A stretch of DNA of 64,000 nucleotides, taken from contig CAVTBU010000009.1 of NCBI GenBank assembly GCA_963733035.1, forward strand, positions 256,001 to 320,000, given 5' to 3'. The translations under genes were made by a program, and so were the position numbers. This document shows, in pieces, positions 42,006 through 51,618 of the stretch. This stretch comes from Pirellulales bacterium. Lineage in GTDB: Bacteria; Planctomycetota; Planctomycetia; Pirellulales; PALSA-1355. Under the pieces are notes generated by a model that saw only the letters and a program-made list of their open reading frames with translations, ran no database searches and had not been told where the DNA came from. Each line of letters opens with the position of its first letter. Position 1 is the first letter of the stretch.

Positions 42006-43307
42006 ATGCACAATTTTGTTGGTTCCCACGTCAACGGGCGACGACAGCGTGTGATTCGCCTGGCCGCGATCGTCGTGCTGAGCGGCGGCCTCGTGGCCAG
42101 CGCAACGGCGACCAGGGTTCAGGCAGGCGACTGGCCTCAAATATTGGGACCACACCGCGACGGTCGCGCCGACGGAGAGCAACTGCTCCAATGGCCCGCA
42201 TCGGGTCCGCGGCTGATCTGGCAGCGCGAAGTGGGACAAGGCTTTGCCGGCCTGGCCGTCGTGGGAGAGCGGGCTATTCTCTTTCATCGACTGGGTAACA
42301 ATCTCGTCGCCGAGTCTCTCGACACCGCAACGGGCAAGGCGACCTGGAAAACCAGTTTTGAAACCAACTATCGCGGTTCCATCTCACCCGACTCCGGTCC
42401 GCGCTGCGTGCCACTGGTGCACGAAGAGCGGATCTATCTCGTGGGTCCTAGTGGCGAGTTGGCCTGTGTGCGGCTTGGAACAGGTGAAAAAGTTTGGGAA
42501 AGAAACGTGCATCGGGATTTCAACGCGCCGGACGGCTATTTTGGCGCCGGCAGCAGTCCGATTGTCGAAGGCGACAAGCTATTGCTGAACGTGGGCGGCC
42601 GCGGCGGGGCGGGGATTGTCGCGTTTTCACTGACCGACGGGAAAACGATTTGGAAATCGACCGATGAAGCCGCCAGCTATTCGTCGCCAGTGGCAGTAGC
42701 GCTCGATGGTCAACGGCTTGTGATCTTTGTTACCCGGCTGAACGTGGTCGCCGTCGATCCCCAGAATGGCGCTGTGAGGTTTCAGTTTCCCTTTGGTCAA
42801 CGAGGGCCTACCGTCAATGCCGCCAATCCAATTGCGATCGGTAATCACTTGTTTGTTTCCGCTAGCTACGGCGTTGGCGCGGTGTGGGCCAAGATTGGTC
42901 CCAACAGCGCGAGCACTGTCTGGGAAAGCAACGACGTTATGTCGAGCCAATACACTACGTGCATCGAGAAAGACGGTGTGCTGTACGGCATCGACGGTCG
43001 TCAGGACGTGGGCGTGGCGCGGCTACGCGCTTTCGATCCCCAGACCGGCAATGTCGATTGGACGGAGGAAGGCTTTGGCACCGGAAACCTGATTTTGTCC
43101 GGCGACAAGCTGCTCATTATGAAAACCGATGGGACGCTTGTCTTGGTTCAGCCGTCGCCAAAAACCTACCAACCGCTGGCCGATGCTCAATTGTTTGACA
43201 CCACCGTGCAAGCCCTGCCGGCGCTGTCGCGTGGTCGACTATTTGTTCGCGATACCAAGACGCTCAAATGCGTCGCCGTTGGAAAACCGGCGACCAGCCG
43301 CCCCTAG
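42006..43307 (+). CDS. PQQ-binding-like / BamB-like beta-propeller protein, secreted
   Basis: DWPQILGPHRDG, repeated TG-x-x-x-W blades, SSP and YSSP, LSRGRLFVRD; AAAGGA RBS. Confidence 0.9.
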   Translation: MHNFVGSHVNGRRQRVIRLAAIVVLSGGLVASATATRVQAGDWPQILGPHRDGRADGEQLLQWPASGPRLIWQREVGQGFAGLAVVGERAILFHRLGNNLVAESLDTATGKATWKTSFETNYRGSISPDSGPRCVPLVHEERIYLVGPSGELACVRLGTGEKVWERNVHRDFNAPDGYFGAGSSPIVEGDKLLLNVGGRGGAGIVAFSLTDGKTIWKSTDEAASYSSPVAVALDGQRLVIFVTRLNVVAVDPQNGAVRFQFPFGQRGPTVNAANPIAIGNHLFVSASYGVGAVWAKIGPNSASTVWESNDVMSSQYTTCIEKDGVLYGIDGRQDVGVARLRAFDPQTGNVDWTEEGFGTGNLILSGDKLLIMKTDGTLVLVQPSPKTYQPLADAQLFDTTVQALPALSRGRLFVRDTKTLKCVAVGKPATSRP

Positions 43308-43379
43308 AGACAACGAGGGCAGACTGCCGGCGGCAGCTACCCTCGATGTTTGATTCCGATTGGCGGTCCGGCGTGAGTC

Positions 43380-43652
43380 TTAGCAGCCCACGGGCTCGCG
43401 TTTGGCACGGCGATAGAAGCCGACGCCTTCCAGGGCCTTGTAGACTTCCTCAAGTGTTTTTTCGCCGAAGTTTGAGATGCTAAGCAGGTCATCTCGCGTG
43501 CAATGCAGCAAATCGTTGACCGTGAAGATACCCCGTTCTTCCAGGCAATTTGTCGTGCGAACGGTCAGGCCAATTTCGGCGGTGCTCATTTCCAAACGAG
43601 CGGTAAGATCTTCTGCCTGAGTGTCGAGCGTGGGCAACTTAACGCGGGTCAT
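43380..43652 (-). CDS. Stand-alone RNA polymerase alpha subunit C-terminal domain protein
   Basis: EIGLTVRTTNCLEERGIFTVNDLL...DLLSISNFGEKTLEEV; GAGGGAGG RBS; no alpha-NTD. Confidence 0.9.
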   Translation of the reverse strand: MTRVKLPTLDTQAEDLTARLEMSTAEIGLTVRTTNCLEERGIFTVNDLLHCTRDDLLSISNFGEKTLEEVYKALEGVGFYRRAKREPVGC

Positions 43653-44105
43653 CGGGCTCCCTCCCTCAATGAGAAAATAGTTGTTCAACGAGATGGCAGG
43701 CGCGCGTGGTTCTCCTGCCTTGGTGGGCCACTCCTGTTGGCCTCTTCGTTGGCCGGTAATATAGCAACTTCGCTGGAAAATGGTACCGGTTAGAGAAGAT
43801 TTTCAGGCGGCAGGCGGCCCGGCATGCTAGCATTCGCTCGGTTCATACTGAAGGGTACGCCGCGTTCGGCGACGTTTGTCGGTACGTGACACGCGGCTTC
43901 TGATTGGCGGCTTTGATGTGGCATGAACGTTGTGCAAACAAGACTTGAACGATTGTCGTTTTGCCTCGGGCGCCGCAGCCCCGTTCGATTCGCACACGCA
44001 CGCTGGCGGGCTGCCGCCGAAACCGCACATGCGTATACTATAAACGTGGCAGATCGATTGAAGTTTAGCACCTCGCATTTCGGCAACTGACAGGGATCTC
44101 GGGCT

Positions 44106-46448
44106 TTGTGGAGTAAGCAACTCGATTCGTTGACGCCGGCCCAGCGCGAGGCCGTTGAACATTTGGAGGGGCCACTTCTGATCCTAGCCGGACCGGGCAG
44201 CGGCAAGACGCGCGTGATTACCCACCGCGTCGCGAACCTGTTGCGCCATGGCGTTCCGGCCCGACAGATCCTGGCGCTCACATTCACGAATAAGGCCGCG
44301 GACGAGATGCGGTCTCGAGTGGAACAGTTGGCACCGGGCCAGCCGGTTTGGATGAGCACGTTCCACCGTTTTTGCGCGCGGCTGCTGCGGCAATACGCAT
44401 CGCAGGTGGGGCTTACCGAGAATTTCACGATCTACGACACGTCCGACAGTCGGCAGGCCCTCAAGCGAACGCTCGAAGAGAGCCGGGTCGACGCCTCGCT
44501 CTACTCGCCAGAGCGGATTGCCGCGGCCATCAGTTGGGCCAAGAACAGCCTGATCACCGCCCAGCAATACCAGGCCCGGCCGGGACACCCACTGGGAAGT
44601 ATCGTGGCGAAGGTTTATCCGGCCTATCAGGCTCGGCTGTTGGCCTCCAGTGCCGTGGACTTCGACGATCTGTTGTTACACGTCGCCACGATGCTCCGCG
44701 ACAACCCGGAAACCCGAGTCACGCTCGACGCGCGCTATCGATACATCCTGGTCGACGAATATCAGGACACGAATCTGGCGCAATACACGATCGTTCGGGC
44801 CCTCTCGATCGACGAACCGAACCTTGCCGTGACGGGCGACCCCGACCAGTCGATTTACGGCTGGCGAGGTGCCAACCTGAGCAACATTCTCGACTTCGAA
44901 AAGGACTATCCCGAAGTTCGCCTCGTAAAACTCGAACAAAACTACCGAAGTACCAAGCGCATCTTGCGCGTGGCCGACCATTTGATCGGCTACAACCAGC
45001 GACGAAAAAAGAAGGGGCTGTTTACCGAGAACGAAGAAGGGCAGAGCGTGCGCCTGGTGAACTACCCCACGCAGCGCGATGAGGCGGAAGGCATCGCCTC
45101 GTATATCGCCAGCGAGGTCCGAGCCGGTCGCCGGCGGCCACGCGACTTTGCCGTCTTCTACCGCGTGAATGCCCTGTCGCGCAGCCTGGAATTTGCACTC
45201 CGCGATCAGGGCGTGCCGTATCAGATGGTCAACGGACTGGAATTCTACCAGCGCCGCGAGATCAAGGACGTACTGGCCTACCTGCACCTGATCAACAACC
45301 CGCGCGACGACGTCTCGTTGCTGCGCGTCATCAACAATCCGCCGCGCTCCATTGGTAAGAGCACGCTGACACGCCTTGGGGAACACGCATCCCGCTATGG
45401 GCTGTCGTTGCTCGATGCTGCCCGTGAGAGCGGTCTCATCGAGTCGCTCAACAAGCGGGCGGCCGTGGCGGTGGCCAAGTTCGTGGCCCTGTACGACAAG
45501 CTGTCAGTCCACGCGGCCGACCCCGTCGAGGAAATCATGGGCCACGTATTGGCCGAGTCGGGCTACAAGCAGTTTCTCGAAGACTCTGAACACGAGGAAG
45601 ATCAGGATCGGCTTGCGAATATCGAGGAATTACTCACCGCGGCTCGGCAATTCGACGAAACGCATTTTGGCGACAGTCCGCTCGAATCATTTCTCGAAGA
45701 AGCTTGCCTGGTGAACGACACGGACGCGTGGGCTGCTGACGACGACCAAGCAACATTGATGACGATGCACGCGGCCAAGGGGCTGGAGTTTCCCGTGGTG
45801 TTCATCATCGCCCTCGAAGACGGCCTGTTGCCGCACGAGCGCAGCCGAAATGATCCGGATCAACTCGAGGAAGAACGCCGGCTGCTGTTTGTCGGCATCA
45901 CAAGGGCCCGCGAGGAGTTGCATCTAAGCTTGGCCACCAACCGCGAATTCCGCGGTCAGCGGCGGCGCACCGTGCCCAGCCAGTTCCTGATGGAGCTGCC
46001 GCGCGGCGAAATGGACATGGTCGGCGCGCCGGCCACGAGCCATCCCTGGGAAGACGAAGCCGAGTATGGCGGCGAAGCGGTACACCCTCTGGCCGACGAC
46101 GAACTTCCTTGGGAAGACGGCGTTGACGAGTCCGCTGGCAAATCGTTTGACCAGGACGAGCCCGTTTCCGAAATGACGGCTCGCCCCGCCATCGCAACGC
46201 CTGCCATTGGCCCGTTGACCACCGCCGCCGAATTAAATCTCACCAAGACGGCGGAACCTGCGCGCGTACCTCCGGAGGCGTTCGTGCAAGGCATGGTCGT
46301 GCGGCATCCAGAGTACGGGCTAGGCAAGATCATCGCTCTGAGCGGCAGTCGCGAACGGCGCATGGCAACCGTAGCGTTCGCCTCGGGCGCTGGCGAACGC
46401 AAGTTCGTGCTGGCCAGCAGCAAACTTCGGCCGGCAAAGGCAAACTAG
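44106..46448 (+). CDS. uvrD: ATP-dependent DNA helicase UvrD/PcrA
   Basis: AGPGSGKT, TFTNKAA, VDEYQD, GDPDQSIYGWRGA, QNYRS, MTMHAAKGLEF, EEERRL; C-terminal Tudor-like domain (VRHPEYGLG). Confidence 0.96.
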   Translation: MWSKQLDSLTPAQREAVEHLEGPLLILAGPGSGKTRVITHRVANLLRHGVPARQILALTFTNKAADEMRSRVEQLAPGQPVWMSTFHRFCARLLRQYASQVGLTENFTIYDTSDSRQALKRTLEESRVDASLYSPERIAAAISWAKNSLITAQQYQARPGHPLGSIVAKVYPAYQARLLASSAVDFDDLLLHVATMLRDNPETRVTLDARYRYILVDEYQDTNLAQYTIVRALSIDEPNLAVTGDPDQSIYGWRGANLSNILDFEKDYPEVRLVKLEQNYRSTKRILRVADHLIGYNQRRKKKGLFTENEEGQSVRLVNYPTQRDEAEGIASYIASEVRAGRRRPRDFAVFYRVNALSRSLEFALRDQGVPYQMVNGLEFYQRREIKDVLAYLHLINNPRDDVSLLRVINNPPRSIGKSTLTRLGEHASRYGLSLLDAARESGLIESLNKRAAVAVAKFVALYDKLSVHAADPVEEIMGHVLAESGYKQFLEDSEHEEDQDRLANIEELLTAARQFDETHFGDSPLESFLEEACLVNDTDAWAADDDQATLMTMHAAKGLEFPVVFIIALEDGLLPHERSRNDPDQLEEERRLLFVGITRAREELHLSLATNREFRGQRRRTVPSQFLMELPRGEMDMVGAPATSHPWEDEAEYGGEAVHPLADDELPWEDGVDESAGKSFDQDEPVSEMTARPAIATPAIGPLTTAAELNLTKTAEPARVPPEAFVQGMVVRHPEYGLGKIIALSGSRERRMATVAFASGAGERKFVLASSKLRPAKAN

Positions 46449-46548
46449 CCAATCGCAGGGCCGGCAAGTTAGATTGAGGGTCTGGGCGCCTGAATTCGGT
46501 TGGCACCCATCCGCGTTGCCCGTCCGCACAGTCGATTGCCGGCCCGTC

Positions 46549-48021
46549 ATGAAGGCTCCCTACCCGAAAATTGCTCAACTCAAAACCGTCGAGCAACTGC
46601 ACGCCCGACTCGCGGAATTAGGGCTTGAGTTGCCAATGGACCCGCACGTCCTCTCGGCGGCCGAGGGATCGCCGCTGGCCGAACCGCTGACGGTTGGCCG
46701 ATTCAACATCGGTAATCGCTGGTGCATTCACCCGATGGAGGGTTGGGACGCGCATCGCGACGGCTCGCCGTCGAAGCACACGCTGCGGCGCTGGCGCAAC
46801 TTCGGCATCAGCGGCGCCAAACTCATTTGGGGAGGAGAAGCCGCCGCGGTCGTGCCCGAAGGACGTGCCAATCCCAACCAGACCCTGGCCACCCCCGAGA
46901 ATCGCGCCGGACTGGGCGCCTTGATCGACAAGCTGAAGCGGGCACACGAGCAATCGTTCGGCAGCCTGGATGGACTGTGCGTCGGCCTGCAGCTGACGCA
47001 CTCTGGTCGCTTCTGCCGGCCGAACAGCAAACAACTAGAACCGCGATTGGCCTATCACAACCCATTGCTCGACGCCAAATTTCACATCGCCCCGGCCGAT
47101 GAATCGTTAGTGATGAGCGACGATGAAATCGAGCGGATGATCGACGCCTATGTCGTCGCCGCGGGACTGGCCCGAAATGCCGGATTTGATTTCGTGGACG
47201 TGAAATCCTGCCACGGCTACTTGCTCCACGAGTTCCTCAGCGCTCGTACGCGGCCCGGCAAGTACGGCGGCGACTTTGCCGGACGGACGCGACTGTTGAC
47301 GACTATCATCGGTCGCATTCAAGCAGAGTATGCCGACTTGGCCATCGGCGTGCGGCTGAGCGTATTCGATACGGTGCCGTATCAAACCAGTCGCGAGGTC
47401 GGGCAGCCGCTCTCGTTCACGGAGTACATTCCCTACACCTGGGGCTTTGGCGTTTCGGAAAGCGATCCCCTGGCGATCGACTTGGCCGAGCCGATCGCCC
47501 TGATTCAGAAACTTAAGGAATTGGATGTGATGGCCGTCAACGTCTCTTGCGGCAGCCCGTACTATTGCCCGCACGTGCAACGACCGGCCATATTTCCGCC
47601 CAGCGACGGCTATCAGCCACCCGAAGATCCCCTGGTTGGTGTTTGGCGACAAATCGACGCCGCGCGGCAATGCAAACAGGCGGTTCCCGAAATGCCGATG
47701 GTCGGGACGGGTTACACCTATTTACAGGACTTCCTACCGCACGTGGCCCAGGCCGTCGTTCGCCAGGGCTGGGTCGATTCGGTGGGGTTGGGGCGGATGG
47801 TCCTTTCCTATCCGGAACTGCCGGCCGATACGCTCAACGGAAAACACTGGGCACGCAAGCGAGTGTGTCGCACGTTCAGCGACTGCACGACCGCGCCACG
47901 TAACGGGCTCGTCTCGGGATGCTTCCCACTCGATCCTTACTACAAGGGCCTACCCGAGGCCGAAGTTCTCAAGGCGCTCAAGCATGTGTCGGAGGCCACC
48001 TCGCAAACGTCCCACGACTAG
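46549..48021 (+). CDS. NADH:flavin oxidoreductase (old yellow enzyme family)
   Basis: NRWCIHPMEG, GGEA, QLTHSGR, AGFDFVDVKSCHGYLLHEFLS, GKYGG, GLGR. Confidence 0.9.
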   Translation: MKAPYPKIAQLKTVEQLHARLAELGLELPMDPHVLSAAEGSPLAEPLTVGRFNIGNRWCIHPMEGWDAHRDGSPSKHTLRRWRNFGISGAKLIWGGEAAAVVPEGRANPNQTLATPENRAGLGALIDKLKRAHEQSFGSLDGLCVGLQLTHSGRFCRPNSKQLEPRLAYHNPLLDAKFHIAPADESLVMSDDEIERMIDAYVVAAGLARNAGFDFVDVKSCHGYLLHEFLSARTRPGKYGGDFAGRTRLLTTIIGRIQAEYADLAIGVRLSVFDTVPYQTSREVGQPLSFTEYIPYTWGFGVSESDPLAIDLAEPIALIQKLKELDVMAVNVSCGSPYYCPHVQRPAIFPPSDGYQPPEDPLVGVWRQIDAARQCKQAVPEMPMVGTGYTYLQDFLPHVAQAVVRQGWVDSVGLGRMVLSYPELPADTLNGKHWARKRVCRTFSDCTTAPRNGLVSGCFPLDPYYKGLPEAEVLKALKHVSEATSQTSHD

Positions 48022-48233
48022 CCCTGCGGCAATTCCTGCAAGCCTCAAATCGTTCGGCGTATTCGCATGAGTAGGAATAACCCGAGGTGACCTTAAGTCC
48101 CTTGCCATTGTCCGCGCCAAGCGCTGGCGGTCGGACCGTACACTTCGGATACCGCACTTCAGCCCGAAAATCTCGCACCGCCGACAAGCGACCTTCACGC
48201 TCGTGGCCAACCGGGCTAGAATTCCTGCAACAA

Positions 48234-51200
48234 ATGGCTGAAGCTCCCACCGTCGTCACCACGCCCGATCGGCTCTTCGATCTGGTCGGGCGTCTGGAAG
48301 GGCAAAATGGCTTCGCCGATGTGGTCTCCAGCTTGCGAGCAGGACACGCGGCCACGCTGGGCGGAGTCTGGGGCTCAAGCTGCGCGCTGGTGGCGGCTTC
48401 GCTGGTTCGTCACGCGCCAGGACCGCTGGTCGTCGTCTGCCCCCACATGGATGACATCGACGACTTCTCCGATGACTTGTCCCTGTTTTCGACCGTCGAA
48501 CCGGAGCATTTTTCGGCCTGGGAACGCGAGGTCCGAGATAACGTCGTGTACGACGAAATCTACGGTCAACGACTCCGGCCGCTCAAGCATCTCAACGGCG
48601 CCGAGCCGCCGCGGCTCATCGTCACCAGTATTCAGAGCCTGCTGCAACCGGTGCCCAGCCGCGCGGAAATTGCCGAGCGAACGCGTCGCTTGCGCCGCGG
48701 AGATACCCTCGACGTGCAGGAGCTACTCACCTGGCTGGTGAAAGGAGGCTTTCAGAATACGACCGCGGTTGAGCTACCCGGAGAGTTTTCGCCGCGGGGT
48801 GGAATCCTCGACATCTTCGCCCCCGACTGGGATGCTCCGGTGCGCATCGAGTTGTTCGGCGACGAAGTGGAATCGATTCGCCAATTTGAGGTCTCGACGC
48901 AACGCAGCCTGGCTGCACTCGAAGAGATCGACCTTACGCTCTCGATGCGCGGCGATCGCGACCGCGAACACTTCACCGGGTACCTGCCGCCCGAAAGCTG
49001 GTTCTATCTGGTCGAACCGGCCGACATCGAAGAAGAGGGCCGGCGATTTCTCGAGCGACTAGAACGCCCGCAAGACGTGCACGGCCTGAGCGCCACGATG
49101 CGACAAATCACGCAGTTCGCTTCCGTGACAGCCGCCAGCGTTCCGGCCGGTTCGTTGGAGACGACCTGTCACCTGCCAATCGAAACGGTCGAACGCTTCA
49201 GCGGTGACATAGCCAAAGTGCGCGACGAGCTTGACGCGGCGATGGGGAGCGGCACGCAGGACGTATTTATCATCTGCCAGACCGAGGCCGAGTCGCAACG
49301 TTTGCAGGAGGTGTTTGGCCCAACCCGGCTTGGACAGGCCGGAAGATTGCACTATTCGCAAGGGCGACTGAAGGCGGGATTTCGGCTGGTGAGTGAGCAG
49401 ATCGCGCTGGTCAGCGGCAGCGAGCTGTTTCACCGGGCCGACCTGAACCGTCCCTCGCGGCGGCGGCTGGGTCGAGCGATTGATAGCTTTCTGGAACTGC
49501 GCGAAGGAGACTACGTCGTCCACCTGTCGCACGGAATCGGACGTTACCGCGGGCTGCAATTGCTCGAAAAGGGAGATCAGGCTGAAGAACACTTGGTTAT
49601 CGAGTTTCACGGAGACACGAAAGTCTTCGTGCCGGCATCCAAGATCGAGCTTGTGCAGAAGTACGTCGGCGGCAGCAAAAAAGGACGCCCCACGTTGGCC
49701 CACGTCGGCGGGCGGCACTGGTCCAAGCAGAAGGAAGCCGCGCGAAAAGCCGTCACCGATTTGGCCGCCGACATGCTACAGTTGCAGGCAGCAAGGGCCA
49801 TGCGTCCTGGCATTCGCTTTCCGGCCGACACGTCGTGGCAACGTGAGTTCGACGCGTCGTTTCCCTACCTCGAAACGGCCGACCAGCTCACGTCCATCGC
49901 GGCCATCAAGAACGACATGCAGCAGACCCGGCCCATGGACCGTCTGCTGTGCGGCGACGTGGGCTTCGGCAAGACCGAGCTGGCCATGCGAGCCGCCTTT
50001 CAGGTCGTTGACAACGGTTACCAGGTAGCACTATTAGTGCCGACAACGATTCTGGCCGAACAACACCTGCGCACCTTCCGTGCCCGGATGGCGGAATTTC
50101 CGATTTCCGTCGCCTCGCTTTCGCGATTCTGCACGGGCAAGGAAACCCGCGAGATTATCGAGGGCCTGGCCGGTGGATCGATCGACATCGTGATCGGGAC
50201 ACATCGCCTCGCGCAACACGATATCAGCTTTCACAATCTGGGCTTGATTATCATCGATGAGGAACAGCGGTTCGGCGTGGAAGTCAAGGAGCGCCTCAAG
50301 GCCCTGCGTCAAACGGTCGACGTGCTGACCATGACGGCCACTCCGATACCGCGCACGTTGCACCTATCGCTTCTGGGCGTGCGCGACATTTCGAACTTGG
50401 AAACGCCGCCCAACGATCGGCTGGCCATCGAAACCCGCGTCACGCGCTTCGACCCGCAACTCATCCGGCATGCCGTCCTGCGCGAACTGAATCGTGACGG
50501 TCAGATTTACTTCGTCCATAATCGCGTAAACGACATCGAGAAGGTGGCGCACAAGCTTACAGAGATCGTACCCGAGGCACGAATCGGTATTGGCCACGGA
50601 CAAATGCCCGAGGGCGAGTTGGAACGAGTTATGCTCGACTTCGTCGACCATCGCTTCGATCTGCTGCTGGCCACGACCATCGTCGAGAGTGGACTCGATA
50701 TTCCCAACGCGAACACAATCTTCATCGACGAAGCCGATCGCTACGGGCTGGCCGACCTCCATCAGTTGCGCGGACGCGTCGGCCGCTACAAACATCGGGC
50801 TTATTGCTATCTGTTGGTCGATCCACACCGACACTTGTCCAATACGGCCGCCCGGCGGCTCAAGGCCATTGAAGAATTCAGCCAAATGGGATCGGGCTTT
50901 GCGATTGCCATGCGCAACCTGGAACTTCGCGGCGCCGGCAATATTTTGGGTACGCAGCAAAGCGGTCACATCGCCACGGTGGGCTACGAACTTTACTGCG
51001 AATTACTGGAGCAGGCCGTTCGGAAGTTGAAACAATTGCCGCCCAAGGTGACCGTGGACGTCAGTATCGATTTGCCGTGCGAAGCCTACATTCCCAAGAG
51101 CTACGTACCCGACATGCGACTGAAGATCGACCTCTATCGCCGCGTGGCTCGACTGGCGACCCTCGAGGAATGGGAAGACCTGACCGCCGAGTTGGTCGAC

Positions 51201-51476
51201 CGGTTTGGTCCGCGTCCGCCGGAAGTCGACCGCATGCTATTGCTAGCAAAGCTGCGGATCTGGGCGCACGGCTGGCTCGTGGACGCGATTTATCTTGAAG
51301 AGGGTTATCTGGTCCTCCGCTATGGCGATCGCCGGCGGATCGAGCAGCTTGCGGAAAAGTCAGGCGGTCGGCTGAGAATCGTCGACGGGCAGAGCGCCTA
51401 TCTGCCGCTTGGCAAGAAGGTTATGCAGAGTGGGCAAGTCATCTCGACGGTGCAATCGCTGTTGCAGCCCAACTAG
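48234..51476 (+). CDS. mfd: Transcription-repair coupling factor
   Basis: PGEFSPRGGILDIF, GDYVVHLSHGIG, MDRLLCGDVGFGKT, IDEEQRFG, TATPIPRT, QLRGRVGR, LRGAGNILG. Confidence 0.97.
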   Translation: MAEAPTVVTTPDRLFDLVGRLEGQNGFADVVSSLRAGHAATLGGVWGSSCALVAASLVRHAPGPLVVVCPHMDDIDDFSDDLSLFSTVEPEHFSAWEREVRDNVVYDEIYGQRLRPLKHLNGAEPPRLIVTSIQSLLQPVPSRAEIAERTRRLRRGDTLDVQELLTWLVKGGFQNTTAVELPGEFSPRGGILDIFAPDWDAPVRIELFGDEVESIRQFEVSTQRSLAALEEIDLTLSMRGDRDREHFTGYLPPESWFYLVEPADIEEEGRRFLERLERPQDVHGLSATMRQITQFASVTAASVPAGSLETTCHLPIETVERFSGDIAKVRDELDAAMGSGTQDVFIICQTEAESQRLQEVFGPTRLGQAGRLHYSQGRLKAGFRLVSEQIALVSGSELFHRADLNRPSRRRLGRAIDSFLELREGDYVVHLSHGIGRYRGLQLLEKGDQAEEHLVIEFHGDTKVFVPASKIELVQKYVGGSKKGRPTLAHVGGRHWSKQKEAARKAVTDLAADMLQLQAARAMRPGIRFPADTSWQREFDASFPYLETADQLTSIAAIKNDMQQTRPMDRLLCGDVGFGKTELAMRAAFQVVDNGYQVALLVPTTILAEQHLRTFRARMAEFPISVASLSRFCTGKETREIIEGLAGGSIDIVIGTHRLAQHDISFHNLGLIIIDEEQRFGVEVKERLKALRQTVDVLTMTATPIPRTLHLSLLGVRDISNLETPPNDRLAIETRVTRFDPQLIRHAVLRELNRDGQIYFVHNRVNDIEKVAHKLTEIVPEARIGIGHGQMPEGELERVMLDFVDHRFDLLLATTIVESGLDIPNANTIFIDEADRYGLADLHQLRGRVGRYKHRAYCYLLVDPHRHLSNTAARRLKAIEEFSQMGSGFAIAMRNLELRGAGNILGTQQSGHIATVGYELYCELLEQAVRKLKQLPPKVTVDVSIDLPCEAYIPKSYVPDMRLKIDLYRRVARLATLEEWEDLTAELVDRFGPRPPEVDRMLLLAKLRIWAHGWLVDAIYLEEGYLVLRYGDRRRIEQLAEKSGGRLRIVDGQSAYLPLGKKVMQSGQVISTVQSLLQPN

Positions 51477-51490
51477 GCCCTTCCTATAAT
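51462..51490 (+). promoter_or_regulatory. Putative sigma70-type promoter of the PPIase gene
   Basis: TTGCAG-17 nt-TATAAT. Confidence 0.55.
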
Positions 51491-51618
51491 CCCGCCCCAC
51501 TGAGCCAGGCGCGCTCATTTCGCCGCCCGTTCAGATCTCGTCGCGTGCGGTTTTCGCCCCGCAGAATTCGAGGTTTTTGCTTCGCTTGTCGAGCCTGGCC
51601 AGCCGATTCAGGTAGAAC

